Shown here piece by piece: positions 40,175-50,451 of a stretch of DNA of 64,000 nt. Numbering within the stretch: the stretch's first letter is position 1; the number at the start of each line of letters is the position of its first letter. The notes under the pieces are model-generated. The model worked only from the letters and a program-made list of their open reading frames with translations, ran no database searches and had not been told where the DNA came from. This stretch comes from an uncultured Acidobacteriota bacterium (lineage in GTDB: Bacteria > Acidobacteriota > Vicinamibacteria > Vicinamibacterales > SCN-69-37): positions 258,015 to 322,014 of the forward strand of contig CAVTYZ010000022.1 in assembly GCA_963739035.1 (NCBI GenBank). The letters are read 5' to 3'. The position numbers were made by a program, and so were the translations under genes.

Positions 40175-42454
40175 CTATCGAATTGCCACTGAAAACAGTC
40201 GCAATCCCAGGACGCGGCGATCGGGCGACGCGGTCTGGCTGGGGCTGAACGTCAGGTCGGTTTCAATCGTGACTCGGCCGGAGGCAGCGGCGACCGCGTC
40301 GGCGGGAAGCTCGATCGTCTCGACAAAGTCTGCGCTCGGGCTGAAGGTACCGAGCACACGATCGCCGGCCCGCACGGTCACGTGCGGCGCGCGATCGAAG
40401 TACCGCAGCGGCGATTCGCCCGCGACCACGAGTCGCCGGTCGCGGTCTCTCCCCCGGACCTCCACCAAACTCTTGCCGCTTGTCCAGCGCCAGATCAGTC
40501 CCGTGGACGGGTTGGCTTCCATCTCGTGCCAACCCGTGGCGAATGCGAACATCGAGTCATCGGTGGGCGCGACGTCGAACTGTTCCAGGCCGATGAGCGC
40601 GCCCGCGTCCGCGCCCTGCTGTGTGCGGGCGTCCACGACCAGCCGCGCATAGGCGTCCTGACCCGCGGCGGTGCCATCCGGCAGATCAACCCATTCGAAA
40701 AACCAGCGAGGGTTCGAGGTCGCACGCAACTGCACGACCGGCCGTTCGTCGATCGACACCCGCACGTCAACCGGCGGTCCGGTGTCAGGACCAAGGTACC
40801 GCCCGCCGATCAACAGTCGTTGCGGTCCGGGACGCCGCCGCAGGAAGGCCTCGGTCGCGTCGATCCGCGAGGCCTGGCGATCCTGGGCAGTTGTGCCAGC
40901 CAGTTCCGGCGTCAGCGACCAGCCGCGTCCCAGCATCCAGCCTGGTGGCCGGATGGAGTGCCACGTCACACTGTCGAGCCGCGCACCACCAATGAGCGTC
41001 TGCAGGTCCTGCGGAAACTGATAGCGGCTGGATCGATGGACCGAGCGCGGGTCGAACATCGGCAGAGCCGGGCGTGAGAGGTGGCCGAGGAACCAGACCG
41101 GCCGCCGCTTCCCCGATCGAAAATGCTCCACCACCTCGAGCCACTCCCGATCGCCTGGAAACGGTTGCGGGCCTGCGTCCCAGATCGGACGATACCAATC
41201 CATGATGCGACGAACGCCCCACCAGACCTGATGGTGCATCTTCAAGACGGGCCGCTCCGGCGACTGGCCCCATGCGGTGTGCATGTCTCGGAAGGCGCGG
41301 AAGACGGGTGCTCCATCCCGATGGTAAACGTCGAGCCGCGGCGCCGCGAGGGCGAGACTCACGGCAACCAGCCACGTGGCGCCAATTCCTGCGGCATGGG
41401 GACCGATCGCGTCGAGACTCGCCACCGCCAGGCCCGCGACGGGCACGAGGAGGGGCAGCGCGTACCGAACCGTCACGGTTTCCTGGAACGCCAGGTGCAG
41501 GGCGAGATAGGGCAGAAACGCGAGGGCCACTATCCCGAGCGCTGGCCGCTTGCGCCATGCGAGCACGGCCAGACCGCACAGCGCGAGCACGAGGACAACG
41601 TGCGCGAGCGACTTGGCCTGCCAGGGATCAATGAACGTCCGGCCCATTGCGGACTGGAAGAGCGGCCAGCTCGGCGTGGTCGCCAGCATCTCGACGCCGG
41701 CGAAGTCTTCCTGTCCCTGTCCGCCGAGCGCCTTCAGATATCCCGCCAGCCCTCCGGTGGTGTAGACCAGCGGCACCGCCCAAAGAAGTGCCCCGACCGC
41801 GGCGGCGGCCATGAACTGAATCGCATCGCGAATACGCCGACGCCACAGCAGCAACCCGAAGAACGAGACGGCGAGCGGCCCCGTCAGCCACAGCGTCTGG
41901 GAACGAAGACCGACCGCGAACCCCGCACCGAAGGCACCGCCGAGGGCGACGCGCGACAACGACGTCTCACGGTCACGCATCGACGACATGCCACGAACCA
42001 GCAGCGTCTGCACGGCGACCGCGGCGACGAGACCAGACGTGTCGCTGAGCGGGCGACTGGCAGTCAGCCAGAACAACGGCGCTGCCGCGGCCACGAGGGC
42101 GGCGAGCAGCGCCCCCGTTGGACTAAAACCAACCGCCAGCCAGAACCCTGAGAACACTGCGATCGAGACCGCGCCGGCAATGATGCTGATCAGGGCCAGG
42201 CCTGCCGCAGCCGCCTTGTCGCGATCCCAGCCGGGACTAAAGAAGGACACGCCGGCCGTGGACAGTTTCGCGGCCAGCACGAACACGGGATAGCCGGGTG
42301 GGTGCGGACGATGTCCAGCGACGTCAAACCGTTCGACGCCCATCGCGAAGTTGATGGAATCGATGTCCTCGAGCGTCTGGGGTAGACGAAGTGCGTGTGC
42401 TGCCAGGAAGGCGAGCGCGAGAACGAGCGAGAGCCGTCGAAGCCTTGCCGTCAC
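40175..42454 (-). CDS. large polytopic membrane protein, GT-C (PMT/ArnT)-like glycosyltransferase candidate
   Basis: 759 aa, intact. It has many hydrophobic helices followed by a ~330-aa soluble C-terminal domain. The N-terminal loop EDIDSINFAMGV...HPPGYP resembles GT-C enzymes. Assigned by resemblance only. Confidence 0.5.
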   Translation of the reverse strand: MTARLRRLSLVLALAFLAAHALRLPQTLEDIDSINFAMGVERFDVAGHRPHPPGYPVFVLAAKLSTAGVSFFSPGWDRDKAAAAGLALISIIAGAVSIAVFSGFWLAVGFSPTGALLAALVAAAAPLFWLTASRPLSDTSGLVAAVAVQTLLVRGMSSMRDRETSLSRVALGGAFGAGFAVGLRSQTLWLTGPLAVSFFGLLLWRRRIRDAIQFMAAAAVGALLWAVPLVYTTGGLAGYLKALGGQGQEDFAGVEMLATTPSWPLFQSAMGRTFIDPWQAKSLAHVVLVLALCGLAVLAWRKRPALGIVALAFLPYLALHLAFQETVTVRYALPLLVPVAGLAVASLDAIGPHAAGIGATWLVAVSLALAAPRLDVYHRDGAPVFRAFRDMHTAWGQSPERPVLKMHHQVWWGVRRIMDWYRPIWDAGPQPFPGDREWLEVVEHFRSGKRRPVWFLGHLSRPALPMFDPRSVHRSSRYQFPQDLQTLIGGARLDSVTWHSIRPPGWMLGRGWSLTPELAGTTAQDRQASRIDATEAFLRRRPGPQRLLIGGRYLGPDTGPPVDVRVSIDERPVVQLRATSNPRWFFEWVDLPDGTAAGQDAYARLVVDARTQQGADAGALIGLEQFDVAPTDDSMFAFATGWHEMEANPSTGLIWRWTSGKSLVEVRGRDRDRRLVVAGESPLRYFDRAPHVTVRAGDRVLGTFSPSADFVETIELPADAVAAASGRVTIETDLTFSPSQTASPDRRVLGLRLFSVAIR

Positions 42455-42563
42455 CGGGGAGAAGCGGGCGGCTACTTTACTACAGGGGGAGTATTGGAGG
42501 CATCACGCCTCGTGGGCGTGGAAATACCGCGCGGTCCTGGCGGAAAGCAGGGCCGGCAACGGA

Positions 42564-43421
42564 CTACTGATCGACGGGACGGAGGACGACGCCTTCGTTC
42601 AGGCTGCCCAGCCGGTAGCCTTTCAGATCGATGGTCACGAACCGGAACCCGAGGCGGCGGAGTGCGCGATCGACGGCGCCGGCGATCTCGGGATCGAGCA
42701 GCCGGGACATCTCGTCGCGGGCCACTTCGATCCGGGCGATCTCGCCGTGATGCCGGACGCGGAGGACCCGGAATCCGAGCGCGCGAACGGCTTCCTCCGC
42801 CTGCTCGATGACCTGGAGCTTCGCCTCGGTCACTTCCGAGAAGTAGGGAATGCGAGATGACAGACACGCCGACGCCGGTTCGTCCCACGTGGGCAATCCT
42901 GCCTCACGCGACAGCGCGCGAATGTCGTCTTTCGTGAGTCCGGCTTCGTCGAGCGGACTGATGACACCAAGCTCGTGCGCCGCGCGGCGGCCCGGCCGAT
43001 AGTCCCCTCGATCGTCCGCATTGCTGCCATCGGCAACGGCGGAGAAGCCGCGCTCGCCGGCAAGCCGGGTGAGGTGCGTGAAGAGCTCATTCTTGCAGTG
43101 GTAACAGCGATCGGGGTTGTTCGCGCGGTACTCCGGCCGTTCCAGCTCCGCCGTGTGAATAATCTCGTGGTTCAGTGAGAACTGCCGGGCGATGGACAGC
43201 GCCATCTCGCGGTGGCGCGCGGGATAGCTGGCGCTATCAGCCGTCACCGACAACACCCGCTCGCCGAGCACGCGGCTTGCTGCCCACGCAAGGTACGCCG
43301 AGTCCACGCCGCCGCTGTACGCGACGATGAGGGACGGCAGCTGGCGCAGCCGGCCGAGCAACGCGGCTTCCCGACTCCGGCGCGGGTCCCCGGTGCCAAT
43401 CGCTTCAGTGGACTCGTTCAC
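42564..43421 (-). CDS. larE: LarE-like PP-loop ATP pyrophosphatase (TIGR00268-type sulfur transferase family)
   Basis: PP-loop AYSGGVDSAYLA. Cys triad CYHC ... ASAC. GTG start overlapping the upstream stop (GTGA at 43418-43421). Intact. Confidence 0.75.
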   Translation of the reverse strand: MNESTEAIGTGDPRRSREAALLGRLRQLPSLIVAYSGGVDSAYLAWAASRVLGERVLSVTADSASYPARHREMALSIARQFSLNHEIIHTAELERPEYRANNPDRCYHCKNELFTHLTRLAGERGFSAVADGSNADDRGDYRPGRRAAHELGVISPLDEAGLTKDDIRALSREAGLPTWDEPASACLSSRIPYFSEVTEAKLQVIEQAEEAVRALGFRVLRVRHHGEIARIEVARDEMSRLLDPEIAGAVDRALRRLGFRFVTIDLKGYRLGSLNEGVVLRPVDQ

Positions 43422-43672
43422 TCTTCCCAGTCTCCGTCGTCCTTCTCGTCGTCAGCGTCTTCATCGAGCTCTTCGTCGGATTCCTCGCCGTCCTCGGCTT
43501 CGTCTTCGTCTTCAGATTCCTCGTCGTCGCTGTCGAACTCGAGCGGATTGAGCGCCGCCACACGCAGCCGACTCCCGCAGGCTTCGCAGTCCCAGGGATC
43601 TCCGACCTCCATTTCCTCGAGATCGTCGTCGTCGATTTCCAGTTCCGCGTCACACTCGGGGCAAGTCGCCAT
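43418..43672 (-). CDS. LysW-like zinc-ribbon amino-group-carrier-type protein with expanded acidic tail
   Basis: 84 aa. CPEC ... CEAC zinc ribbon and NPLEF. C-terminal ...GDWEE (compare LysW EDWGE). 28 of the last 39 residues are Asp/Glu. Confidence 0.55.
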   Translation of the reverse strand: MATCPECDAELEIDDDDLEEMEVGDPWDCEACGSRLRVAALNPLEFDSDDEESEDEDEAEDGEESDEELDEDADDEKDDGDWEE

Positions 43673-43749
43673 ACGCTTCTCCGAAGTCGATTATAGCGAC
43701 CGCTTCGAAACAATCGTCAAGAGCTAACGTGACCTGACAGAATGGGAGA

Positions 43750-43786
43750 ACCACGTGTCGGCCACGTGGCGGGAGCCACGTGTCGG
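43750..43786. promoter_or_regulatory. three CACGTG palindromes / 12-nt direct repeat in a divergent promoter region
   Basis: ccacgtgtcggc (43750-43761), ccacgtgg (43761-43768), ccacgtgtcggc (43775-43786). The last copy contains the GTG start (43780) of the REC-PilZ gene. Confidence 0.4.
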
Positions 43787-44460
43787 CAAAGACGATTCTG
43801 ATTGCGCATCGGGCCGCGGCAGTGCGCGACCGCTTCGCGGTGGCGCTGGCCGACGCCCGTCATGAGTTCGTGATGGCGGACACCGAGGCCTCGGCCCGGG
43901 CGGCCGTCGAGCACACGGGGCGCCCGATCAGCCTCGCGCTGATTGACCTGGCGCTCTCGGCCGATCCTGTCACGTTCGTGAGGGCCGTGCGAGAGTCCAG
44001 TCCCGCGCCGCTTCCCGTCGTGGTCTTCGCCGGAACCGTCGGGTCGGCAGCCAACGTGCCGGCCCTCGCTGGGATGCAGGTCAGCTACATCAACGAGCAC
44101 GCGGGGACGCCGCTCATTCTGCCCGCACTCGCGCCGCACCTCTTCCCTGACAGCTTCAACCGGCGCATGAGCGCGCGCATGGTGATCGGCGTGCCGGTGA
44201 CATATCGGAGTGGGGACACGCTGGCCGGCGCCGTGACGCTCGACGTCGGCAAGGGCGGGCTGGCGATTCGAACGATGAACCCCCTGCCAAAAGGGTCACC
44301 GATTCAGGTGCGGTTCAAGCTGCCCGGAATGTCCGCGGAAATCGACGCCGCCGGCCAGGTGGCGTGGAGCGATCGCAAGGTGGGAATGGGCGTGCAGTTC
44401 GAACGCGTGTCCGCGAACCATCAGCGCGTCATCGACGAGTTCATCGACGAGCATGCATAA
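43780..44460 (+). CDS. receiver-like domain / PilZ domain protein
   Basis: N-terminal CheY-like segment (ILIAHRAAAVRD, LALIDLAL). C-terminal PilZ signatures RRMSAR and DVGKGGLAI. Intact. Confidence 0.65.
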   Translation: MSAKTILIAHRAAAVRDRFAVALADARHEFVMADTEASARAAVEHTGRPISLALIDLALSADPVTFVRAVRESSPAPLPVVVFAGTVGSAANVPALAGMQVSYINEHAGTPLILPALAPHLFPDSFNRRMSARMVIGVPVTYRSGDTLAGAVTLDVGKGGLAIRTMNPLPKGSPIQVRFKLPGMSAEIDAAGQVAWSDRKVGMGVQFERVSANHQRVIDEFIDEHA

Positions 44461-44470
44461 GACTGACGCT

Positions 44471-44601
44471 GTCGGTCCGCGGGCCTTTAGTCCTGCCGGT
44501 CCTTCGGATGGCGGTAGGTGCTTCAGGTCCTGTGGGTGCGTTCATGCGCACCCACGCCCGGAGGACTCACCTGAAGCACCAAGGACCCACTGGACCGAGC
44601 G
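44471..44601. repeat. ~130-bp imperfect palindrome between convergent genes (likely bidirectional terminator)
   Basis: Centre is gtgggtgcg (44532-44540) / loop ttcatg / cgcacccac (44547-44555). Outer stems are ggtgcttcaggt (44517-44528) / acctgaagcacc (44569-44580), ggtcctt/aaggacc, and ggtcc/ggacc near the ends. Confidence 0.8.
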
Positions 44602-44603
44602 AC

Positions 44604-46505
44604 TCACTTCAACCTGAGCAGTCTCAGGCTGTTGGCCGTCACGATCAGCGACGCGCCCGTGTCGGCGAGGACGGCCATCCAGAGCGTCGCGACACCCAGC
44701 GCGGCCATCACCACGAAGGCGAGCTTGAGGCCGAGCGCGATCGCGAGATTCAGCCGAATGTTGGCCAGTGCGGCGCGCGCCGAGGCGCAGCGCGTACGGC
44801 AGGCGCGAGAGATCGTCGGCGAGCAGCGCGACGTCCGCCGTTTCCAGCGCGACGTCGGTGCCGGCGGCTCCCATTGCGATGCCGACGTCGGCCGCGGCAA
44901 GCGCCGGCGCGTCGTTGACGCCATCGCCGACCATGGCGACCGGGCCGTGCGCCGCGCGCAGGCGGCCGATGTGCTGGACCTTGTCTCGCGGGAGAAGGTC
45001 GCCGTGCGCCTCGTCGAGGGCCGCCTCTTCACGGATGGCTGACGCGCTCGCCGCGCGATCGCCAGTGAGCAGCGCAACGTGTCTGACGCCTTCGGCGCGA
45101 AGACGCCGCACGATCTGCCGCCCGTCTTCGCGAAGCCGATCGGTCAACGCGATCACGCCGAGCGGCTGCGCCGCCCGAGCTGACAAGCACGGCCGTGCCG
45201 CCGCGAGCCTCGACTTCCTCGACGCGCGCGTGGAGCGTCGGCGTGCAGAGCTGCCGCTGCTCGAACAGGCGATGGCTGCCGACGATGGCGGGTGTGGCTG
45301 ACACCGTCGCCTCGGCGCCGAGCCCTGGAAGGGCGCGGAAACTCTCACCGGGCGCGACGTCGAGTCCCGCCGCCAGGGCGCGGTGAACGATCGCGCGCCC
45401 GATCGGATGCTCGGACCGCGCCTCGAGGGCGGCGGCAACCGAGAGCACGCCTTGCATCGAGTGCGCCGTCGACGCCGACGACCTCCGCGATCGTGACCTG
45501 CGCTTCCGTCAGGGTGCCCGTCTTGTCGAACGCGACACAGGTGATACTGCCGAGGCGCTCGAGGTGCGCCCCGCCCTTGATCAGGACGCCGGCGCGGGCG
45601 GCGGCGGTGAGCGCCGAGACAATCGACACCGGCGTAGAAATCACGAGCGCGCACGGACACGCCACGACGAGCAGGGCAAGCGCGCGATAGCTCCACGTGG
45701 GGAACGCGACGGTCCACCCTCCGGGGCCAGCCACGGCCAGCGGCACAAGGAACGCCACGGCAATCGCGAGAAACACCACGGCCGGCGTGTAGGTCTTGCG
45801 AAACGATCGACGAATCGCTGAATGGGCGCGCGCTGGCTCTGTGCCTCCTCGACGAGGTGGATGATGCGCGCGATCGTGCTGTCTGACGCCGCGCGCGTCG
45901 CCGTCAACTCCAGCGCACCCATTCCGTTGATGGCGTCCGGCGAACACGTCATCACCCGCCCGCTTCTCTGCCGGAAAGGACTCACCGGTGACCGACGCCT
46001 GATTGACGTCGGACTCCCCTGCCACCACGACTCCATCCACGGGGATTCGCTCACCGGGGCGGACGATCACGAGATCGCCCACGACCACATCCGACGCCGG
46101 CACCTGGAACTCGACGCCCCGGCGACGAATCATCGCGGATCGAAGGCGCCAGTTCTGCCAGGGATCGGATCGCGCGACGGGCGCGTGCCATGCTCCAGGA
46201 CTCGAGCCACTGGGCGATGCTGAACAGCCACACGACCGTAGCGGCCTCAATCCAGTCGCCCAGGGCGGCGGCGCCCGCCACGGCGATGACCATCAACACG
46301 TTGATGTCGAGAACGCGGTTCCCGAGCGACGTGACCGCGCGCCGCAACGGTGTCCCAATAGTCAGGGCCGCGGCCATGGCCGAGAGGCACAGCGACCGTT
46401 CCGTCGGCGAAACCCGAGTAGGCGGCCGCCATCGCCGGCGGCGATCAGCGCCCCGGCCAGAGACATGCGCGCGACCTGGCGGCCGAGTCCCTCACGCCGC
46501 GGCAT
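44604..46505 (-). CDS. heavy-metal translocating P1B-type ATPase (eight frame jumps in this sequence)
   Basis: Motifs: TGES ([11 protein letters not shown]), [30 protein letters not shown]. No N-terminal HMA domain is seen. Junctions at ~46435, 46385, 46140, 45935, 45800, 45470, 45180 and 44775. Confidence 0.85.
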
Positions 46506-46554
46506 GCGCTGGCTCCGACGGACGCTCGCACGTAGCCGCCGCAGCAGGCCTCGC

Positions 46555-46945
46555 TCACGCGTGCTCCTCGACGTGCTTTCGGGTGTCGTGCACGAGACCG
46601 ACGACGTGGTGATCGTCGAGCGAGTAGAAGGCCAGACGTCCGGCGCGCCGCACACGTACCAAGCGGGCGGCGCGCAGCAGACGAAGCTGGTGCGAGACCG
46701 CCGATTCGCTCAAGCCAACGAGCGCCGCCAGGTCGCACACGCAGCGTTCGCCGTGCGTGAGCGCGTCGACGAGCCGAACGCGCGTCGGGTCGCCAAGAAG
46801 CTTGAAGACGTCAGCGATCGCATCGACGGTTGACGCCCCGAGTAACCGCGCCTGGACGGCCGCGAGCGCCCGCGAATCCGTGGAATGCGGCGTCTCGCAC
46901 TCGGCAGCTGAGGGAGACTCGGCGACGGGGCGTCGTGACGCTCAT
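46555..46945 (-). CDS. ArsR/SmtB-family metalloregulator (one frame jump near the 5' end)
   Basis: Motifs: IADVFKLLGDPTRVRLV, ERCVCDLAALVG, SHQLRLLR, C-terminal His-rich DDHHVVGLVHDTRKHVEEH. ATG 46945 is in a different frame for the first ~10 codons. Confidence 0.85.
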
Positions 46946-46951
46946 GGACCA

Positions 46952-46981
46952 TTGATATATGAATATATGTTCATATGTCAA
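46952..46981. promoter_or_regulatory. AT-rich 30-bp imperfect palindrome, candidate ArsR/SmtB operator
   Basis: ttgatatatgaatatatgttcatatgtcaa matches its own reverse complement at 26/30 positions. It starts 7 nt upstream of the arsR ATG and is a conspicuous AT island in a GC-rich sequence. Confidence 0.55.
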
Positions 46982-47097
46982 TGTTTCGACGGTCACAAAC
47001 GCGTCCCAAGACCGCTGACGCTGTTGACACGTCTTTTCAGCAGCCTACTACGATTCAGGGCTGTCTCATCAGTGAGTTTCCCCTAAGGTTTCGAGCC

Positions 47098-47114
47098 CCT
47101 TCCGGGGCGGAAGG
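47098..47114 (+). promoter_or_regulatory. small hairpin overlapping the Shine-Dalgarno of the ABC ATPase gene
   Basis: ccttccg-ggg-cggaagg. The GGAAGG lies 5 nt upstream of ATG 47120. A perfect TTGACA at 47024-47029 has only weak -10 candidates. Confidence 0.3.
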
Positions 47115-47119
47115 CACGC

Positions 47120-48082
47120 ATGATCGAGGTCCAGCACCTCACCAAGCGATACGGTCCAGTCACGGCCGTCGACGACGTCAGTTTCCGGGTGGAGAAAGGC
47201 GAGATCCTCGGTTTTCTCGGTCCGAACGGCGCCGGCAAGACCACCACGATGCGCGTCCTCACCGGGTACATGCCGGCGACCGAGGGCAAGGCGATCGTCG
47301 CCGGGCTACGACGTGTTCGATCAGCCGATCGAGGCCAAGGCACGCACGGGATACCTGCCGGAAACGCCGCCGCTCTATCCGGAGATGACGGTGCGCGAGT
47401 ACCTGCAGTTCGTCGCGCGACTCAAGCTTGGCGCACTCGGCCGCGCCGAGCGCAGCCAGCGCGTCGAAACGGCGATGCGCCGGACGCACGTGGACGACAT
47501 GGCCGAACCGGCACTGCGGGAAGCTGTCGAAGGGCTACCGCCAGCGCGTCGGTCTGGCGCAGGCGCTGATTCACGATCCGGAGGTGCTGATTCTCGACGA
47601 GCCGACCGCGGGGCTCGATCCCGAAGCAGATCATCGAGACGCGGGACCTGATTCGCAGCCTGGCGGGCGATCACACGATCGTGCTGAGCACTCACATCCT
47701 GCCCGAGGTCGCCCAGACCTGCCAGCGCGTCGTCATCATCAACAAGGGGCGTGTGGTCGCCGAAGACACGCCGGACAACCTGACGCACCAACTGAAGGGC
47801 GCGGCGACGCTCTACGTGCAGGTCGCGGCCAACGGCGAAGCGGCTGAGGCGCTGCGCGCGGTGCCGGGCATTCGCGGCGTCCTCCGCGTGGACGGCTCGG
47901 ACCAGACGACCGGCTACGAAGTGGACGTCGAGCCCAACGTCGATGTCCGCCGGGAGATCGCCCGAACCATCGTCAACCGCGGCTGGGGACTCCTCGAGTT
48001 GCGGCCGCTTCGGATGAGCCTCGAGGAAATCTTCCTGCAGCTCACCACCGAGGAACAGCCGGAGGAGGCCGCCCGTGAGTAG
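47120..48082 (+). CDS. ABC transporter ATP-binding protein (GldA-like) (three frame jumps)
   Basis: Motifs: [27 protein letters not shown]. Junctions at ~47300, ~47520 and ~47620. Confidence 0.85.
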
Positions 48083-48850
48083 CACGATCCGCAACATCAT
48101 GACCATTGCGGGCAAGGAGCTCCGCAGCTACTTCGCCTCGCCAGTCGCGTGGGTCCTGATGGGCTTGTTCGCGATCCTGTTCGGGTGGTTCTACAACGTC
48201 TACCTGAACTTTTTCGTCAGCCCGATGCAGCAGCAGTTCGGCCCGCCGCCGACGAAGAACGTCAACAGCGAGATGATCCGGCCGCTCCTGCAGAACGCCA
48301 GCGTGCTGATCCTTTTCCTGCTGCCCATGATCACGATGCGGACGTACTCGGAGGAAAAGCGTTCGGGCACGATCGAGCTGCTCCTGACGTCCCCCGTCAC
48401 CGACGTCCAGATCATCGTGGGCAAGTTCGTCGGCGCGATCGGCCTGTACGCCGGACTGCTCGCGGTGACGTTCCTCTACGTCACGCTTGCTCTTCGGGTT
48501 TGGATCGCCGGAGTGGAAGCCGATTCTCTCGGGCTACCTCGGGCTGCTTCTGCTCGGCGCGTCGTTTCATCTCGATCGGGCTCTTCATCTCGAGCACCAC
48601 GAAGAACCAGATGGTCGCGGGCGCGGCCAGCTTCGTCGTGCTGCTGATGTTCTGGATCATCAGCTGGTTTGCCGACAGCTCGGGACCGACGACCGCCGCC
48701 ATCCTGAATTACCTGTCCGTCACGCAGCACTTCGATGATTTCGGCAAGGGCGTGATCGATACCAAGCACCTGGTCTTCTATGCGAGCTTCATCGCGTTTG
48801 GGCTGTTCCTGACGCTCAAGTCGGTGGACTCCGAACGGTGGAGAGGTTAG
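48075..48850 (+). CDS. ABC-2 type transporter permease (GldF-like) (two frame jumps)
   Basis: Polytopic protein. Sequence features: EKRSGTIELLLTSP, FISSTTKNQMVAG. Junctions at ~48490 and ~48570. The start overlaps the ATPase gene's 3' end. Confidence 0.75.
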
Positions 48851-48852
48851 CC

Positions 48853-50447
48853 GTGAAGCGATTCCTCGGATTTCTCGGGTGGATAGGCGTCCTGCTCGTC
48901 GTGGCCGCCGTCGTCCTGCGCTTCACGCGCCCGGACCTGGCGCCCTGGTATCAGCGCCTGGCGCTCGGCGGGCTCGTCGTCACGGCACTGTACACGCTCA
49001 GCCAGTGGCGCGACATCGCGCGCTCGTTTCAGGGACGGAACGTCAAGTACGGCTCGATTGCCGCCACGGGCGTGCTGGTCGTGCTCGGCATCCTCATCGC
49101 GATCAACTGGGTCTCGAACCGGCAGAACAAGCGGTGGGACCTGACGGCCGGCGGCCAATTCTCGCTTTCGGATCAGACCAGGCAGATCGTGGCGGGTCTG
49201 GATCAGCCGCTGGTCATCAAGACGTTCTACGTCAACAGCTCGACCGAGTACCGGGACCGGCTCGCGGAGTACTCCTACCTGTCGAAGCAGGTCACGACGG
49301 AGTACGTCGACGCGGAGAACAACCCGATTGATGCGCAGAAGTACGGCATCACGATGGTGCCGACGGTTGTCCTCGAGTACGCCGGCCGAAGCGAGAAGGC
49401 CACGGCCGTCGATGAGCAGAGCATCACGAACGCGCTGAAGAAGATCATCGAGGGCCGCGCGAAGAAGATCTATTTCCTTCAGGGCCATGGCGAACGCGAC
49501 GCGACGGCCTCGGAACCGACGGGCTACAGCGGGATGTCGGAGGCGCTCAAGACGGACAACTTCGAAGTCGCGAAGCTGACGCTGGCTCAGGAGGGCAAGG
49601 TCCCGGACGATGCCACGCTGATCGTGATCGCCGGTCCGACGACCGACCTTCTGGCGAGCGGAGCTCGAGGCGCTGCGCGCCTTTCTCAAGCGCGGCGGCA
49701 AACTGCTTCTGCTGATCGATCCGCCGGAGAAGGGTTCCACGCCCGATCCGGCCGGGCTCATCGCCCTCGCGCGCGAGTGGGGCGCCGACGTCGGCACCAA
49801 CCTCATCATCGACGCGAGCGGCCTTGGCCAGCTCGTCGGCACGGGTCCGACGACGCCCGTCGCCATGCCGGTCCGGCACCCGATCACGGAAAACTTCCGC
49901 GTCATGAGCGCGTTTCCGCTGGCACGCTCGGTCACCCCCGTCGAGGGCGGCACTGGCGGACACGTCGCGCAGAAAGTGCTCGAGACGAGTCCGCAGAGCT
50001 GGGCGGAAACCGACGTGAAGGGGCTGTACGCGACGGGCCGGCCGGAGCGGGGCGCGGCCGACGCCGCGGGCCCGGTCTCTCATTGCCGTGGCCTCGTCAG
50101 CGCCGGCAACCGACGTGCCGGCTTCGACACCGGCGACACCCGCCACGCCGAACGCAGCCAAACCGGAAGAGGCGCCCAAGCCTGAGACGCGGGTCGTCAT
50201 CGTCGGCGACAGCGACTTCGCCACGAACCGGGCCCTCGGTATTCAGGGCAACCGCGAGATCTTCCTCAACATGGCGAACTGGCTGGCGCAGCAGGAGAAC
50301 CTGATCGCCATCCGGCCGAAGAGTCCCGACGACCGGCCGCTCACGATGACTGCCGACCAGCAGCGCATGGTTTTCTACTTCACGATGTTCATCGTGCCGG
50401 CATTGCTGATCGGCAACGGCATTCGCGTATGGTGGAAACGGCGATGA
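48853..50447 (+). CDS. GldG-like ABC-transporter-associated protein (two frame jumps)
   Basis: N- and C-terminal TM anchors. Sequence features: KIYFLQGHGE, VVIVGDSDFATN. Junctions at ~49662 and ~50070. GTG start at 48853. Confidence 0.7.
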
Positions 50448-50451
50448 CGAA

